Positions 48,638-59,193 are shown, counted from the first letter of the stretch. The stretch is DNA of 64,000 bases from Lachnoclostridium sp. UBA5725 (GCA_002419585.1 DIGJ01000018.1:44566-108565), one strand, 5' to 3'. Numbers and translations: made by a program. The notes: generated by a model not told the origin, from the sequence alone.

Positions 48638-50137
48638 TTAATAGAGTGTTTCATATTTTTCTTTTAGATAAGTAACATAATAATGCGGATTAAATTTCTC
48701 ACCTGTCATCTCAAATAATATCTGATTTGTATTCTTTGACTTTCCAAACTTATGAATATTTTCCTTTAAGAATTCCTGGATTGGTTTTAGGTTTCCTTCC
48801 TCCAAATAAAGTTCAAATGGCATTACCTTTTTCATATGATAATAAATTTGTGCCCCAATTGCACTTCCGAGCGCATAGGATGGAAAATAGCCAAAATCGC
48901 CACAGGCCCAGTGCACATCCTGTAAAGCACCCTCTTTATCATTTTTGGGTTTTACGCCTAAATACTCATTGTATTTTTCGTTCCATACACGAGGAATATC
49001 CTCCACTGTAATTTTCTCCGAAAACAATAGTTTTTCAACTTCATAGCGAATCAGTACATGCAAAGAATACGTTAGTTCATCTGCTTCGGTTCGAATCAAC
49101 CCGCATTCTGGCTTATTGATTGCCTGAACGAAGTCTGTAATCGAAATTTGATTCAACTGCTCAGGAAAGGTCTCTACCAACCTTTTGTAAAGTGGTTTCC
49201 AGAAAGCTTCGCTTCTTCCAATTATATTTTCATAAAAACGAGATTGCGATTCATGAACCCCCATTGATGTTCCTTCTCCAACAAGGGTCTGCGTCAGAGC
49301 ATCATCAATCTGCATTTCATAGATTGCATGCCCACCCTCATGAATGACCGAGAAAATTGCACTTTCCAGGTTGTTTTCATAGTAATGATTTGTGATACGC
49401 ACATCTTTGTTATGAAAGTTTGTTGTAAATGGATGGGCACTCTCCTTAATTACCCCTTTATCAAAATCAAAACCAATATATCCAGCAAGGAAATTACAAA
49501 ATTCCTGCTGCTTGTCTACATCATACGATTTATAGTTAAACGATTTATCAACCGCCTTCGTTTTTTCGGTGATTGTCTTTATGAATGGTATAAGTTCCTG
49601 TTTTAATACTTCAAAAAATTCGTCAAAACTTGCTTCATTAAATCCAGGTTCAAAATCACCAAGTAAAATATCATAGGAAGATTTACCGTCCTCTTTTTTC
49701 CGATATGTGGCAAACTTCTTTTTATATGAAAGAATCTTTTGAAGCGTAGGAGCAAACGCCTGGAAGTCTGCGTTTTGTTTTGCCTTTGTCCATATATTTA
49801 ATGAAAGGGACGTTAATTCAGAATATTCACGATATTCTTTCGCCGGTATGGTTTCAAGTCTTTCGTATAATAGTTCCAATTCATGGAAAATGGCATTCTC
49901 TCTTTCATCCAAGGTTTCTTTTTGTGCTTCTATTTGTTTCATGCATACCTTTACCTGGTTATTGATATAGGCATTAAGATATAGGTCCGAAAGCACGCCT
50001 ACCATTTTTGAGGTATTCTCATCTGCATCTTGTGGCGCTTCCGTTGCCCCATCCCACTCAAATAAAGTCAAAGCGTTGGCTAATGCCTGACCTTTTTGCA
50101 AGTAATTTTCTTCTAGTTCTTTAAACAACTGATTCAT
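48638..50137 (-). CDS. M32 carboxypeptidase (Taq-type)
   Basis: HEGGHAIYE (HExxH), plus HESQSRFYEN and DVHW motifs. Confidence 0.9.
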   Translation of the reverse strand: MNQLFKELEENYLQKGQALANALTLFEWDGATEAPQDADENTSKMVGVLSDLYLNAYINNQVKVCMKQIEAQKETLDERENAIFHELELLYERLETIPAKEYREYSELTSLSLNIWTKAKQNADFQAFAPTLQKILSYKKKFATYRKKEDGKSSYDILLGDFEPGFNEASFDEFFEVLKQELIPFIKTITEKTKAVDKSFNYKSYDVDKQQEFCNFLAGYIGFDFDKGVIKESAHPFTTNFHNKDVRITNHYYENNLESAIFSVIHEGGHAIYEMQIDDALTQTLVGEGTSMGVHESQSRFYENIIGRSEAFWKPLYKRLVETFPEQLNQISITDFVQAINKPECGLIRTEADELTYSLHVLIRYEVEKLLFSEKITVEDIPRVWNEKYNEYLGVKPKNDKEGALQDVHWACGDFGYFPSYALGSAIGAQIYYHMKKVMPFELYLEEGNLKPIQEFLKENIHKFGKSKNTNQILFEMTGEKFNPHYYVTYLKEKYETLY

Positions 50138-50168
50138 AATATCCCCATTCCCTCATATGCATTTTCTA

Positions 50169-51539
50169 TTATTTTAAATATTCTTCATAGATTTTAATTA
50201 CTTCTGCCATTGCCTGTTTACCTGGTGCACCTATGGTATTTCTCTTTTCCACGCATGTATCTAAGCTGATTGCTTCATAAATGTCTTCCTGAAAAACCGA
50301 AGAGACTGCCTGATACTCGGAAAGTGGTAGTTGATCGAGAGAACAATTCTTATCAATACACAAAAGTACCAGCTGCCCAATGATTCCATGTGCATCACGG
50401 AATGGAACTCCATGATTCACCAGATAATCTGCGGCATCGGTAGCATTGGTAAATCCATTTTTCGCACTGTTTTCCATTGTTTCTTTATTAAATTTCATCG
50501 TATCTAACATGCCGGTAAATAACGCAATACATCCTTTTGTGGTATCCATGGCATCAAAAGCAAGTTCTTTATCCTCTTGCATGTCCTTATTATAAGCCAA
50601 AGGTATACCCTTCATTGTAGTAAGTAGTGACATCAAGGCGCCGTAGACACGACCTGTCTTACCACGAACCAGCTCCGCGATATCCGGATTTTTTTTCTGT
50701 GGCATAATACTTGAACCGGTACTATAGGAATCATCAATATCCACAAACTGATATTCATTGGAATTCCAGATAATGACTTCCTCCGAGAATCGGCTTAGAT
50801 GCATCATAATCGTTGCCATAGCGCTTAAATACTCAATTAAATAATCGCGATCTGCTACGGAATCCATACTATTTAGGGTTGGACCATCAAATGCAAGGAG
50901 TTTTGCTGTATAGGCACGGTCTAATGGATATGTGGTTCCTGCTAACGCCCCTGAGCCAATCGGTGATAAATTCATACGTTTATAAATATCTTCCAAACGG
51001 GAAACATCCCTTTTAAACATTTCAAAGTACGCTCCCATATGATGAGCCAACGTAATTGGTTGTGCCTTTTGTAAGTGGGTAAATCCAGGCATAAAGGTAT
51101 GTGTATTTTCTTTCATAATACGTAACAATACAGAAAGCAAATTCTTTAACAATTCCTTCGTTTCTATGACTTCATTTCTTGTATAAAGTTTCATATCAAG
51201 CGCAACTTGATCATTTCTACTTCTTCCTGTATGCAGTTTTTTTCCAGCATCTCCTATCCGCGAAATAAGGTGTGCTTCTACAAAGCTATGAATGTCTTCA
51301 TAAGTTCCATCAATCTCAAGTGAACCATTTTCGATTTCTTCTAAAATACCAGAAAGTCCTGCAATAATGGTGTCTTTTTCATCTTCGGTCAGTATGTCTT
51401 GTTTACATAACATGGTAACATGTGCCATACTGCCTTCGATATCCTGACGATAAAATCTTTGATCAAAAGAAATGGATGCATTAAAATTGTGTACTAGCTG
51501 ATTGGTTTCTTTCGTAAAACGACCGCCCCATAGTTTCAT
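50169..51539 (-). CDS. argH: argininosuccinate lyase
   Basis: [10 protein letters not shown]..., the signature [12 protein letters not shown], and [10 protein letters not shown]. Confidence 0.95.
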   Translation of the reverse strand: MKLWGGRFTKETNQLVHNFNASISFDQRFYRQDIEGSMAHVTMLCKQDILTEDEKDTIIAGLSGILEEIENGSLEIDGTYEDIHSFVEAHLISRIGDAGKKLHTGRSRNDQVALDMKLYTRNEVIETKELLKNLLSVLLRIMKENTHTFMPGFTHLQKAQPITLAHHMGAYFEMFKRDVSRLEDIYKRMNLSPIGSGALAGTTYPLDRAYTAKLLAFDGPTLNSMDSVADRDYLIEYLSAMATIMMHLSRFSEEVIIWNSNEYQFVDIDDSYSTGSSIMPQKKNPDIAELVRGKTGRVYGALMSLLTTMKGIPLAYNKDMQEDKELAFDAMDTTKGCIALFTGMLDTMKFNKETMENSAKNGFTNATDAADYLVNHGVPFRDAHGIIGQLVLLCIDKNCSLDQLPLSEYQAVSSVFQEDIYEAISLDTCVEKRNTIGAPGKQAMAEVIKIYEEYLK

Positions 51540-51630
51540 AAATTCGTCCTCTTTTCTATTTATTGTATGTTACTAATCATACTCTATACTCTGCTACTTT
51601 GTCAAAGTACTCCTTCCCGTTTGCTTTCAC

Positions 51631-53421
51631 CTACGATACATTCTTAAACTGCGCCATATAAAGATTATAGTATTGTCCTTTCTTTTCTAATAACTCTTTT
51701 GCATTGCCTTCTTCCACAATGCCGCCATTATCAATGACAAAAATACGATCTGCTTTTTGAATCGTAGAAAGTCGATGCGCAATGACAAAGGAGGTTCTTC
51801 CCTTTAAAAGTACTTCAATTCCCTGCTGTACCAACAATTCTGTCTTGGTATCAATACTAGAGGTTGCTTCGTCTAATATCAAAATCTTTGGCATAGAAAC
51901 CATGGTTCTTGCAAATGCAATTAACTGTCTTTGCCCAATGGAAAGTCCAGCTCCTCGCTCCTTTAACTGTGTATCATAGCCATTCTCCATCTGCATAATA
52001 AAGGAATGTGCATTGACTGCTTTCGCTGCATTTATGATTTCTTCTTTCGTCGCATCTAGTTTTCCATAGCGGATATTATCCTCCACTGTTCCTGAAAAAA
52101 GGAAGTTATCCTGCGTCATTACACCCATTTGATTTCTCAGACTTTCCATTGAAATATCCTGCAAATCATAACCATCCACGTAGATGTGACCTTTTTGAAT
52201 GTCATAGAATCGACTAATGAGATTCACAATCGTACTCTTTCCTGCTCCGGTCGGTCCAACAAGTGCAATCGTCTCTCCTGGTTTTACGGAAAAACTAACT
52301 TCATTTAGTACTTTTGTTTCCGCACTGGTGCCTTCATCATAGGAAAAAGAAACCTTATCGAACGTAATAGCACCTTCCACTTCTGGGAGTTCAATTACAT
52401 CGTTTCGATCTACGATATCTGGTTTGGTATCTAAAATCTCAAAGATACGCTCTGCTCCTGCCAGATTGGTAACCAACTGGTTATAAAAATTGCTGACATT
52501 GAGCACGGGTGACCAAAACATCCAAATATAATTACCAAAAGCGACTAAGATACCAACCGATACCTCGTTGATTCCAAGAACTACAATTCCAACAAAGAAT
52601 AAAACCATAGTACCCATTCCCCAACAAAAATCAATAATCGGTCCAATCGTATCAGCTACGACAACCGCTTTTTGAAATGATTTCTCATGCTGATCTACTA
52701 ACTCCGAAAACGTATCCTTCGTCTCTTGTTCTGCCGTTAAGCTTTTGACTACGCGGATTCCAGATAAATTCTCATGCACAAAAGCATTTAAATTCGATCC
52801 TTTCTTCCGAAAAATCTGCCATGCCTTTTGTGATCGTTTCATAACACACCAGATACCGACAATCATAATTGGCAGACTGCTAAGTGCTGCTGCCGCTAGT
52901 CTTGCATCTTTTACAAACATAATCACGACAACGGCACAAATCGTTATAAAATCCGGAATCAATGTCGTTACACTATCGGAAAGGACTTTTTTCAATGAAT
53001 TTACATCACCGATGACACGTGCCAAGATCTTACCAGTTGGTCTGCTATCAAAAAATTGGAACGATAACGTCTGAATATGTTCATATAATTCCTTTCGGAT
53101 ATCCAATAAAATTTTATTGGATACCACTGCCATAATATACATTCGAAGCTTTACCAGTAAAACAAAAGCAAGATTAATGGATGCTCCAAATATAGCAAGC
53201 TTTATAAGCCCCTTTACATCTTTGTTTGCAATATATACATCAATTGCCCGTTCAATCAAGAGTGGATTGATGACCGAAATACCAATCGTTACTGCCATGA
53301 TTAGTAGTACCCCTATGATTGGACCCATATATTTTAATAAATAGGAAAACAACCGAGTCAGCGTATCCCTTCGAGACACTGTTGTTGTTTTCTCATCTTT
53401 ACGAAACGTATCAATACTCAT
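51631..53421 (-). CDS. ABC exporter, fused permease/ATPase (heterodimer partner 2)
   Basis: 6-TM domain, Walker A GPTGAGKST, signature LSIGQRQL and Walker B ILILDEATS. Confidence 0.9.
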   Translation of the reverse strand: MSIDTFRKDEKTTTVSRRDTLTRLFSYLLKYMGPIIGVLLIMAVTIGISVINPLLIERAIDVYIANKDVKGLIKLAIFGASINLAFVLLVKLRMYIMAVVSNKILLDIRKELYEHIQTLSFQFFDSRPTGKILARVIGDVNSLKKVLSDSVTTLIPDFITICAVVVIMFVKDARLAAAALSSLPIMIVGIWCVMKRSQKAWQIFRKKGSNLNAFVHENLSGIRVVKSLTAEQETKDTFSELVDQHEKSFQKAVVVADTIGPIIDFCWGMGTMVLFFVGIVVLGINEVSVGILVAFGNYIWMFWSPVLNVSNFYNQLVTNLAGAERIFEILDTKPDIVDRNDVIELPEVEGAITFDKVSFSYDEGTSAETKVLNEVSFSVKPGETIALVGPTGAGKSTIVNLISRFYDIQKGHIYVDGYDLQDISMESLRNQMGVMTQDNFLFSGTVEDNIRYGKLDATKEEIINAAKAVNAHSFIMQMENGYDTQLKERGAGLSIGQRQLIAFARTMVSMPKILILDEATSSIDTKTELLVQQGIEVLLKGRTSFVIAHRLSTIQKADRIFVIDNGGIVEEGNAKELLEKKGQYYNLYMAQFKNVS

Positions 53422-55169
53422 TAGGCATTCACCTCCAAAAACTCACCATACTGCGCCATGTAGGTTTCATAGTATAATCCCTTTTTCTTCAAAAGTGATT
53501 CATGCGTACCTCGTTCTGCAATTCTTCCATTTTCTAAAAAAAGAATTTCATTTGCATAACGGACTGCTGAAATACGGTGTGCAATAATTACCTTTGTTAC
53601 ATCTTTTAGATCATTCAGTTCTTTTTGAATCATGAGTTCTGTTTCCATATCAAGAGCTGAAGTAGAATCATCCAACACTAGAATTGGCGCTTTTTTTGCA
53701 ACCGCTCTCGCAATACTGATTCGTTGCTTTTGTCCACCGGACAAGCCGACTCCTCGCTCACCAATAATGGTATCGTAGCCTTCTTCCATGCCTTCTATGA
53801 ACTCTCTTGCTTGCGCAAACTGGGCTGCATGAACAATACCATCTTCGGTAATCAGCTCACGTTTTCCCATTTTAATATTTTCTTTGATTGTGTCTGAAAA
53901 TAAAAATACATCCTGCATTACGATAGAGGCACTTTCTCTTACCTGTTTTAGAAGCATCTGTCGGATATCAATGCCATCTAATTTGATATATCCCGATTTT
54001 TCATCTTCCGTTGGCTTATCTACATCATAGAATCGCTGCATCAGATTTATGATGGAGGACTTACCTGCACCCGTTGCTCCCATAATTCCAATGGTCTGAC
54101 CAGCAGGTAGATCAAAACTGATATCATCTAATATCTTTGTGTTATCTAAGGTTAACGATACATTTTCAAAAGTTATATCACCATTTACTTTATCTAACAC
54201 AATAGGATGATCCACTTCTTTTACCAAAGATTCCTCCGCATAAATCTTTCTTATCTTTTTAAGAGATGCCACCGCAGAGGAAAAATCATTCGTAAGCCAG
54301 CCAATCATCTCCATTGGCCAGACAATATTTCTCGAATATTCGGTAAAGGCAACTAAAACTCCAAGTGTTATTTCTCCTTTCATAACCAGGATACCGCCAA
54401 GGATTACTACCGTAAATGGCAGAAGCTTTGTAACAAATTGAAAGAATGGCTGATATTTCACCAATACTTTGGATTGTTTAATATTTAAATCATAGTACTT
54501 TTTGTTATGTTGCATAAATTTTTTAATTTCATATTTTTCTTTGGCAAACGCCTTTACCGTTCTTACTCCTGCTAAGTTCTCTTCTGCAATTGTATTTAAT
54601 ACTGCATTTTCCTCACTAATTTCCTCATAAATCTTATTCAGTTTTCGCTCCATGATAATCGCAAATGCTCCAATAATCGGCATTGCAATACAAGGTAGCA
54701 ATGATAGTTTTGGACTTAACCGAAACATACAAAATAATACGATAGAAACATGAATGACGACCTCTATGATAAGCATTCCAACAAATCCAAGTGCTCCCCA
54801 TATGTTATCAATATCTTCTTTCAAACGTGCCATTAATTCTCCGGTGTTGGTATTGTCAAAATACGAAGTTGGCAATCCCTCAATATGGCAAAACAAGTCA
54901 TACCGCATTTCCTTTCCAATCTTTGCACTGATTATATCAAAGATAAGCTCCTTCAAATATCCAAATATCGCTCTTCCTATTCCAATGAATAAGATTGCAA
55001 GCAATAAGTTTCGAAGCAACGCGACTTTACCATCTAAAATAACGTCGTCGACTAAATGTTCACTAATTACTGGGTATAACATATCAAGTACAACTGCAAT
55101 AATCATTGAAACAATTGCAAATGCATAAGCATACCAGTACTTTACGATGTAGCTGCTAATTTTCTTCAA
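53421..55169 (-). CDS. ABC exporter, fused permease/ATPase (heterodimer partner 1)
   Basis: TTG start with a GGAGGGAGAGG SD. Walker A GATGAGKSS, signature LSGGQKQR and Walker B ILVLDDSTS. It overlaps partner 2 by 1 nt. Confidence 0.9.
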   Translation of the reverse strand: MKKISSYIVKYWYAYAFAIVSMIIAVVLDMLYPVISEHLVDDVILDGKVALLRNLLLAILFIGIGRAIFGYLKELIFDIISAKIGKEMRYDLFCHIEGLPTSYFDNTNTGELMARLKEDIDNIWGALGFVGMLIIEVVIHVSIVLFCMFRLSPKLSLLPCIAMPIIGAFAIIMERKLNKIYEEISEENAVLNTIAEENLAGVRTVKAFAKEKYEIKKFMQHNKKYYDLNIKQSKVLVKYQPFFQFVTKLLPFTVVILGGILVMKGEITLGVLVAFTEYSRNIVWPMEMIGWLTNDFSSAVASLKKIRKIYAEESLVKEVDHPIVLDKVNGDITFENVSLTLDNTKILDDISFDLPAGQTIGIMGATGAGKSSIINLMQRFYDVDKPTEDEKSGYIKLDGIDIRQMLLKQVRESASIVMQDVFLFSDTIKENIKMGKRELITEDGIVHAAQFAQAREFIEGMEEGYDTIIGERGVGLSGGQKQRISIARAVAKKAPILVLDDSTSALDMETELMIQKELNDLKDVTKVIIAHRISAVRYANEILFLENGRIAERGTHESLLKKKGLYYETYMAQYGEFLEVNA

Positions 55170-55236
55170 ATCTTCCTCTCCCTCCTAAAATCCCTCAAAA
55201 ACGTCCCGTCGTACCACGATTCTTAAAAAAGTATGC

Positions 55237-55268
55237 AAAAAAACCGTGGCAAGATCTACCACGGTTTT
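55237..55268 (-). terminator. intrinsic terminator/attenuator between the leader ORF and the ABC exporter genes
   Basis: Minus strand GAAAACCGTGGtagatcttgCCACGGTTTTTTTGC. Confidence 0.65.
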
Positions 55269-55315
55269 CAAAACTCACTTATTTATTCCATTGCATCGAT
55301 AAATAAATCGTTCTT

Positions 55316-55399
55316 CTATAACGTTATTGAGGTAATCTTACATGTGCTAATTATAAAGTTGTTTTTACTAATTCTAAAGTTTCTGCCTACGTTAATCAT
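55316..55399 (-). CDS. 27-codon leader peptide candidate (MINVGRNFRISKNNFIISTCKITSITL)
   Basis: The ATG is preceded by AGTGAGGT at 7 nt. It lies downstream of a consensus promoter and upstream of the terminator. It is too short for the ORF track. Confidence 0.4.
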   Translation of the reverse strand: MINVGRNFRISKNNFIISTCKITSITL

Positions 55400-55457
55400 T
55401 TTAATTACCTCACTTTCTTTGTTTTTTTGATGACCGGCTAGGTCAATCACTTTTGCC

Positions 55458-55486
55458 ATTATATTCCACCAATATTTATTTGTCAA
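55458..55486 (-). promoter_or_regulatory. consensus sigmaA promoter for the leader/ABC exporter transcript
   Basis: On the minus strand: TTGACA (55481-55486), a 17-nt spacer, then TATAAT (55458-55463). Confidence 0.6.
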
Positions 55487-55536
55487 TCTATTTATTAAAA
55501 AAGTATAAACATCTATTTATTAAAAAAGTATAAACA
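55487..55536. repeat. perfect 2 x 25-bp tandem repeat abutting the -35 box
   Basis: TCTATTTATTAAAAAAGTATAAACA occurs at 55487-55511 and again at 55512-55536. Confidence 0.9.
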
Positions 55537-55561
55537 AAATTGGATTATTGATTGATTATTT

Positions 55562-55774
55562 TTATTCCTCTGATAATTTTTCTAAAATTTGCTCACATAT
55601 TTTTCCCTCGGCATTGACGGTTTCATCTTCATCAATACCTTCATAGATCAAATATTCACTCACCAAATCATCAATTTCTAAAACTGTATCATTATCCAAT
55701 TTTTTTGTTACATCAAAGGTTATCCCTGCTTTTTTCATTACTTCAATCTCTGCTTTTGTAAATTCAATCTTCAT
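55562..55774 (-). CDS. small acidic hypothetical protein (70 aa)
   Basis: GGAGAA SD, 15 nt downstream of the M42 peptidase stop. No recognisable motif. Confidence 0.5.
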   Translation of the reverse strand: MKIEFTKAEIEVMKKAGITFDVTKKLDNDTVLEIDDLVSEYLIYEGIDEDETVNAEGKICEQILEKLSEE

Positions 55775-55789
55775 TTAATTTTCTCCTTC

Positions 55790-56817
55790 TTAGCCTAGAT
55801 AGGCTTTTAAAAGCGCTATCGTATTTTTCACACCATCCACATGACTTCTCTCATATCCATGAGAAGCATATACACCAGGTCCAATCAGTCCATGTTTTAC
55901 GTCATGTCCGGAAATCAATGCAACATCTGCATCCGACCCATAATATGGATATACATCGACTGCAAAATCAAGTTTTTTCTCTTTTGCTGCTTTGATAAGA
56001 CCAGTCACTACATCATAGCTATATGGCCCCCGGCTATCCTTTGCACAAATCGAAACTTTCGTTTCATCACAGGTAAGTCCTTTGCCTACACAGCCCATAT
56101 CGACGGAGATAACTTCGGTTACGCCACTTGGAATGGAGGCAGCACCTCCATGCCCAACTTCTTCATAGACCGTAATATGCTGATAAATCTTACGTGCTGT
56201 TGTTATCTTCTCTTCTTTTAAATACCTAGCGTATCCAAGCAAAATTCCTACACTTAACTTATCATCTAAAAAGCGACTCTTAATAAATCCACTCTTTGTA
56301 ATTGTTGTTCTTGGATCAAAGCAGACAAAGTCCCCAGCCATGATACCAAGTGCCTGCGTCTCTTCTTTTGTTTTTACAATCTCATCAATAACAACTTCCA
56401 TTTCCTTGTATTCACGACTGGTCTTGTCATAGTCACCATTTACATGAATAGAGGCATCTTCTAATTGGAAGGTTCCTTCAAAGATACCATCAAATTTTGT
56501 AATGATACGGCAGTTTTCACCTTCTGCATTATTAGCATTCATGCCCCCAATCGGAGATAATCTAAGTCTTCCATTTCCTTTAATCTCAGTAACCATCGCT
56601 CCAAGTGTATCAATATGTGCTTCTAAAAAAACGGCATTTTGGGCATCTATCCCTCCAATATCAACTACCACTCCCCCTTTTGTGGTAAGGGTTGGCTGAT
56701 ATCCGAGTGTTTCATATGCCTTCATGACATAGTCCGCTACATTTTTGTGTAACCAGAAGGGCTATCTATTTCCAATATTTTTTTCGTTTCTTCTAAGATA
56801 TATTCGATCTCTGTCAT
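55790..56817 (-). pseudogene. M42-family aminopeptidase (PepA/YsdC/FrvX-like) with a -1 frameshift in an A-run
   Basis: The N-terminal 26 codons MTEIEYILEETKKILEIDSPSGYTKM* (56817-56737) continue in another frame as ...NVADYVMKAYETLGY... into ORF 55790-56725 (HIDTLG and EEVGHGGA motifs). The break is at A5/T5, 56742-56746. Confidence 0.75.
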
Positions 56818-56840
56818 AATAATCCCTTTCTTTTCTTGTT

Positions 56841-57374
56841 TTATTTATAAATTACATATGCTTCTTTTCTATTTTTAGCATCAGCATTTTGAGGATCATC
56901 ATTTCGGACATCACAATTTTGGACATCGCCTTTTTTGGCACAAAGATGAAATAACCCTTGTGGAAGTGCAAACCCAAATATAATTCCCAGTACAATCGCT
57001 CCTGCCACTAAAAATGTTTCCACGCCTTTCACTGACGCCATATTTATGTTCTTTGTAATCAGGTAATATGCTGTATAATATATACCGGCTCCCGGTACGA
57101 GCGGAAAGATGCCGGTTACTAAAAATATCGTGGCTGGTACTTTACGAATTACGGATAAACACCTGGATAATATTGTCAAAGTAAAGGTTGCAATCAGTGA
57201 TGCCACTGCAATATTCACTCCATGTTTCGAAAGTAGATAATAAGTAATCCATCCAACAGCACCCGTTATAGTACAAGACAGATACTGGTCTTTTGGTGCA
57301 AAAAACAAAATTGCAAAGGAAAGCGTTGCGAACATTGCTACCATAATCTGAATCAAAGTCTGAACTATTATCAT
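56841..57374 (-). CDS. threonine/serine exporter family protein, small subunit (ThrE_2/DUF3815)
   Basis: MIIVQTLIQIMVAMFATLSFAILF... has 4-5 TM helices. Its ATG overlaps the upstream stop (ATGA), and a GGGAGG SD is present. Confidence 0.75.
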   Translation of the reverse strand: MIIVQTLIQIMVAMFATLSFAILFFAPKDQYLSCTITGAVGWITYYLLSKHGVNIAVASLIATFTLTILSRCLSVIRKVPATIFLVTGIFPLVPGAGIYYTAYYLITKNINMASVKGVETFLVAGAIVLGIIFGFALPQGLFHLCAKKGDVQNCDVRNDDPQNADAKNRKEAYVIYK

Positions 57375-58147
57375 ATATGGATACCTCCCATCAGCATCTG
57401 AACAATCTGAATTCCGGCACCTACACCAACTGCAATACAAACAGCGGTTAAAACTGCATCCACTAAATGAATTCCTCCAGATAAATAATCACCATTAAAA
57501 AATTCTCGTATTGAGGTTGTAAATACCACGCCTGGCACTAATGGAATGATCGAGCCGATAACTACGCTATCAAAGGTAATCATTGGAGAGAACTGTGCAA
57601 TAGCGGCACTTCCAAAGGTTACAATTGCACTTCCGATAATACTTGTTATGAATTTTGACATTTTTTTCCTTATCGCCATATTTAGAAACACTTGTAAAAT
57701 AAGGCCAAATAGAAATGCAACGATACTATCCGTTATCTTTCCCCCAAACAGATAACAAAAGCAAGCACTTCCCATTCCACAAGCAGCAATCAATAAGTTC
57801 GGATTCATCTGTTCTGGCTCTTTACATTTTAGCAGTCGTTCATTTGCCTGTTCCATCGAGCAACTACCTTCACATATTTCTCTTGAAATTTGATTTAGCA
57901 TTGTAATCTTACCTAAGTTTACTCCTCCTAATGGTACATGACGTACCGAACTATAAAAGTCTTCTTTATTTTCATTGATCGTGGCAAATATTCCATTCGA
58001 AATAACATAAACGTTGTAATCGGTAATTCCATATGTCTCCAAAATTCTGGTTACGGTTTCTTGCACACGAAAAATTTCTGCGCCATTTTTTAGTAATAAC
58101 TCGCCTGCTAAAATGGCGGTATTGAATATTTTTTGACTCTCTGACAT
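57371..58147 (-). CDS. threonine/serine exporter family protein, large subunit (ThrE/DUF1212)
   Basis: LAGELLLKNGAEIFRVQETVTRIL is the ThrE signature. The start was chosen at the MSESQK Met. Confidence 0.75.
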   Translation of the reverse strand: MSESQKIFNTAILAGELLLKNGAEIFRVQETVTRILETYGITDYNVYVISNGIFATINENKEDFYSSVRHVPLGGVNLGKITMLNQISREICEGSCSMEQANERLLKCKEPEQMNPNLLIAACGMGSACFCYLFGGKITDSIVAFLFGLILQVFLNMAIRKKMSKFITSIIGSAIVTFGSAAIAQFSPMITFDSVVIGSIIPLVPGVVFTTSIREFFNGDYLSGGIHLVDAVLTAVCIAVGVGAGIQIVQMLMGGIHI

Positions 58148-58241
58148 GTTACTGCCCTTTCTTTTGTACCTTAAATAACCATACTTAGATATTATACAAA
58201 AAGGTATCCATTTTTTCAATGAATACCTTTTTTGTATTATA

Positions 58242-58628
58242 CTATCTAAGTTCTGCGATTCGACTAACCGCAACATAAATTTCTGAAATCTTATACCAGG
58301 TTGGAAAATCTACAATTCCATTATTGGGAAGTCCAAAAACTTCCTGAAATACCTTTACCGCATTCTCTGTTCCTGGACCAAATACGCCGTCTTCCGAAAC
58401 CTTTGGAATCAATGGATATCCAGTTGATATCACATTAAGTTGAGACTGCATCTGCTTGATTTTAGGACTTGTCATTCCGTTTGATAAATTAAATCCAGGC
58501 CACGAGGATGGAACCCCTGCAACTTCATTTGTACTATTAATAAACATATCACTACCGTAATAATATTTAATTATATCGCTAGCAGAATATCCATCATCTG
58601 CCAAATATTTCGATCCCCATTGGGTCAG
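58242..58628 (-). CDS. sleC: 3' portion of the interrupted sleC-like spore cortex-lytic enzyme gene
   Basis: ...(L)TQWGSKYLADDGYSASDIIKYYYGSDMF... continues to the PG_binding_1-type C-terminus DGVFGPGTENAVKVFQEVFGLPNNGIVDFPTWYKI. The first ~53 codons of track ORF 58242-58787 are element DNA, not gene. Confidence 0.8.
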   Translation of the reverse strand: MTQWGSKYLADDGYSASDIIKYYYGSDMFINSTNEVAGVPSSWPGFNLSNGMTSPKIKQMQSQLNVISTGYPLIPKVSEDGVFGPGTENAVKVFQEVFGLPNNGIVDFPTWYKISEIYVAVSRIAELR

Positions 58629-58814
58629 CCAAATGGAAATAACATATCGATTCCGATAATTTTTGTATTTTGTTTGTATAAATTTATATTTTTTAATACA
58701 TCCTATGAACGAATATGAAAGTGTGAAGAAAAATCTTCGCTTTTCAAGTTTGTGTCTGCGCTGCGCTCGCAAACTTGCTATGCACAAAAAGCAGCGCAGG
58801 AATGGAGAAAAAAC

Positions 58815-58970
58815 ATGGATAATAAAGAACGATTCAATTTTGGAAATATTTACGAAGAGGATGATTTGGAAGAGGTAGATTTACCTCGCGATTCAAAAGG
58901 AAAAAATGCTTCTGTAGAGCCACTACCTGAATCATCAAGACCTAGAAAAGATGGGCCTGGTGGCGAATAA
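58815..58970 (+). CDS. small acidic hypothetical protein (51 aa) inside the element
   Basis: GGAG SD 7 nt before the ATG. MDNKERFNFGNIYEEDDLEEVDLPRDSKGK... has no recognisable domain. Confidence 0.3.
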   Translation: MDNKERFNFGNIYEEDDLEEVDLPRDSKGKNASVEPLPESSRPRKDGPGGE

Positions 58971-59010
58971 AAAAGAAGGGGTTATCGCACTAAATTCAGG
59001 TTTGACGGTA

Positions 59011-59090
59011 TAGGACGGACGCAAGTTTTTGTTGGGGAGTGACGCCAGGAGAGGCTGAGCAATTTAGTATTTTGACAATTTACACGGCTA
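59011..59090. repeat. palindromic MITE-like repeat, copy C (outer ~80 bp of one arm)
   Basis: ATAGGACGGACGCAAGTTTTTGTTGGGGAGTGACGCCAGGAGAGGCTGAGCAATTTAGTATTTTGACAATTTACACGGCT aligns with 19108-19190 and with the reverse complement of 22600-22688. Confidence 0.75.
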
Positions 59091-59193
59091 CCGGGCGTCT
59101 CTTTTACTCTTCTAAGTATTCTCTTTTTACTACTCCCATATAAATCTGGTATTTACTTTAACATTACAAACATAGCGGGACCGTTTATCAAAA

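Noticed and set aside
58629-58787. N-terminal 53 residues of track ORF 58242-58787 (MCIASLRAQRRHKLEKRRFFF...).
   Set aside because: This is read-through into element DNA upstream of the junction core. Homology to SleC begins only at ...TQWGSKY.
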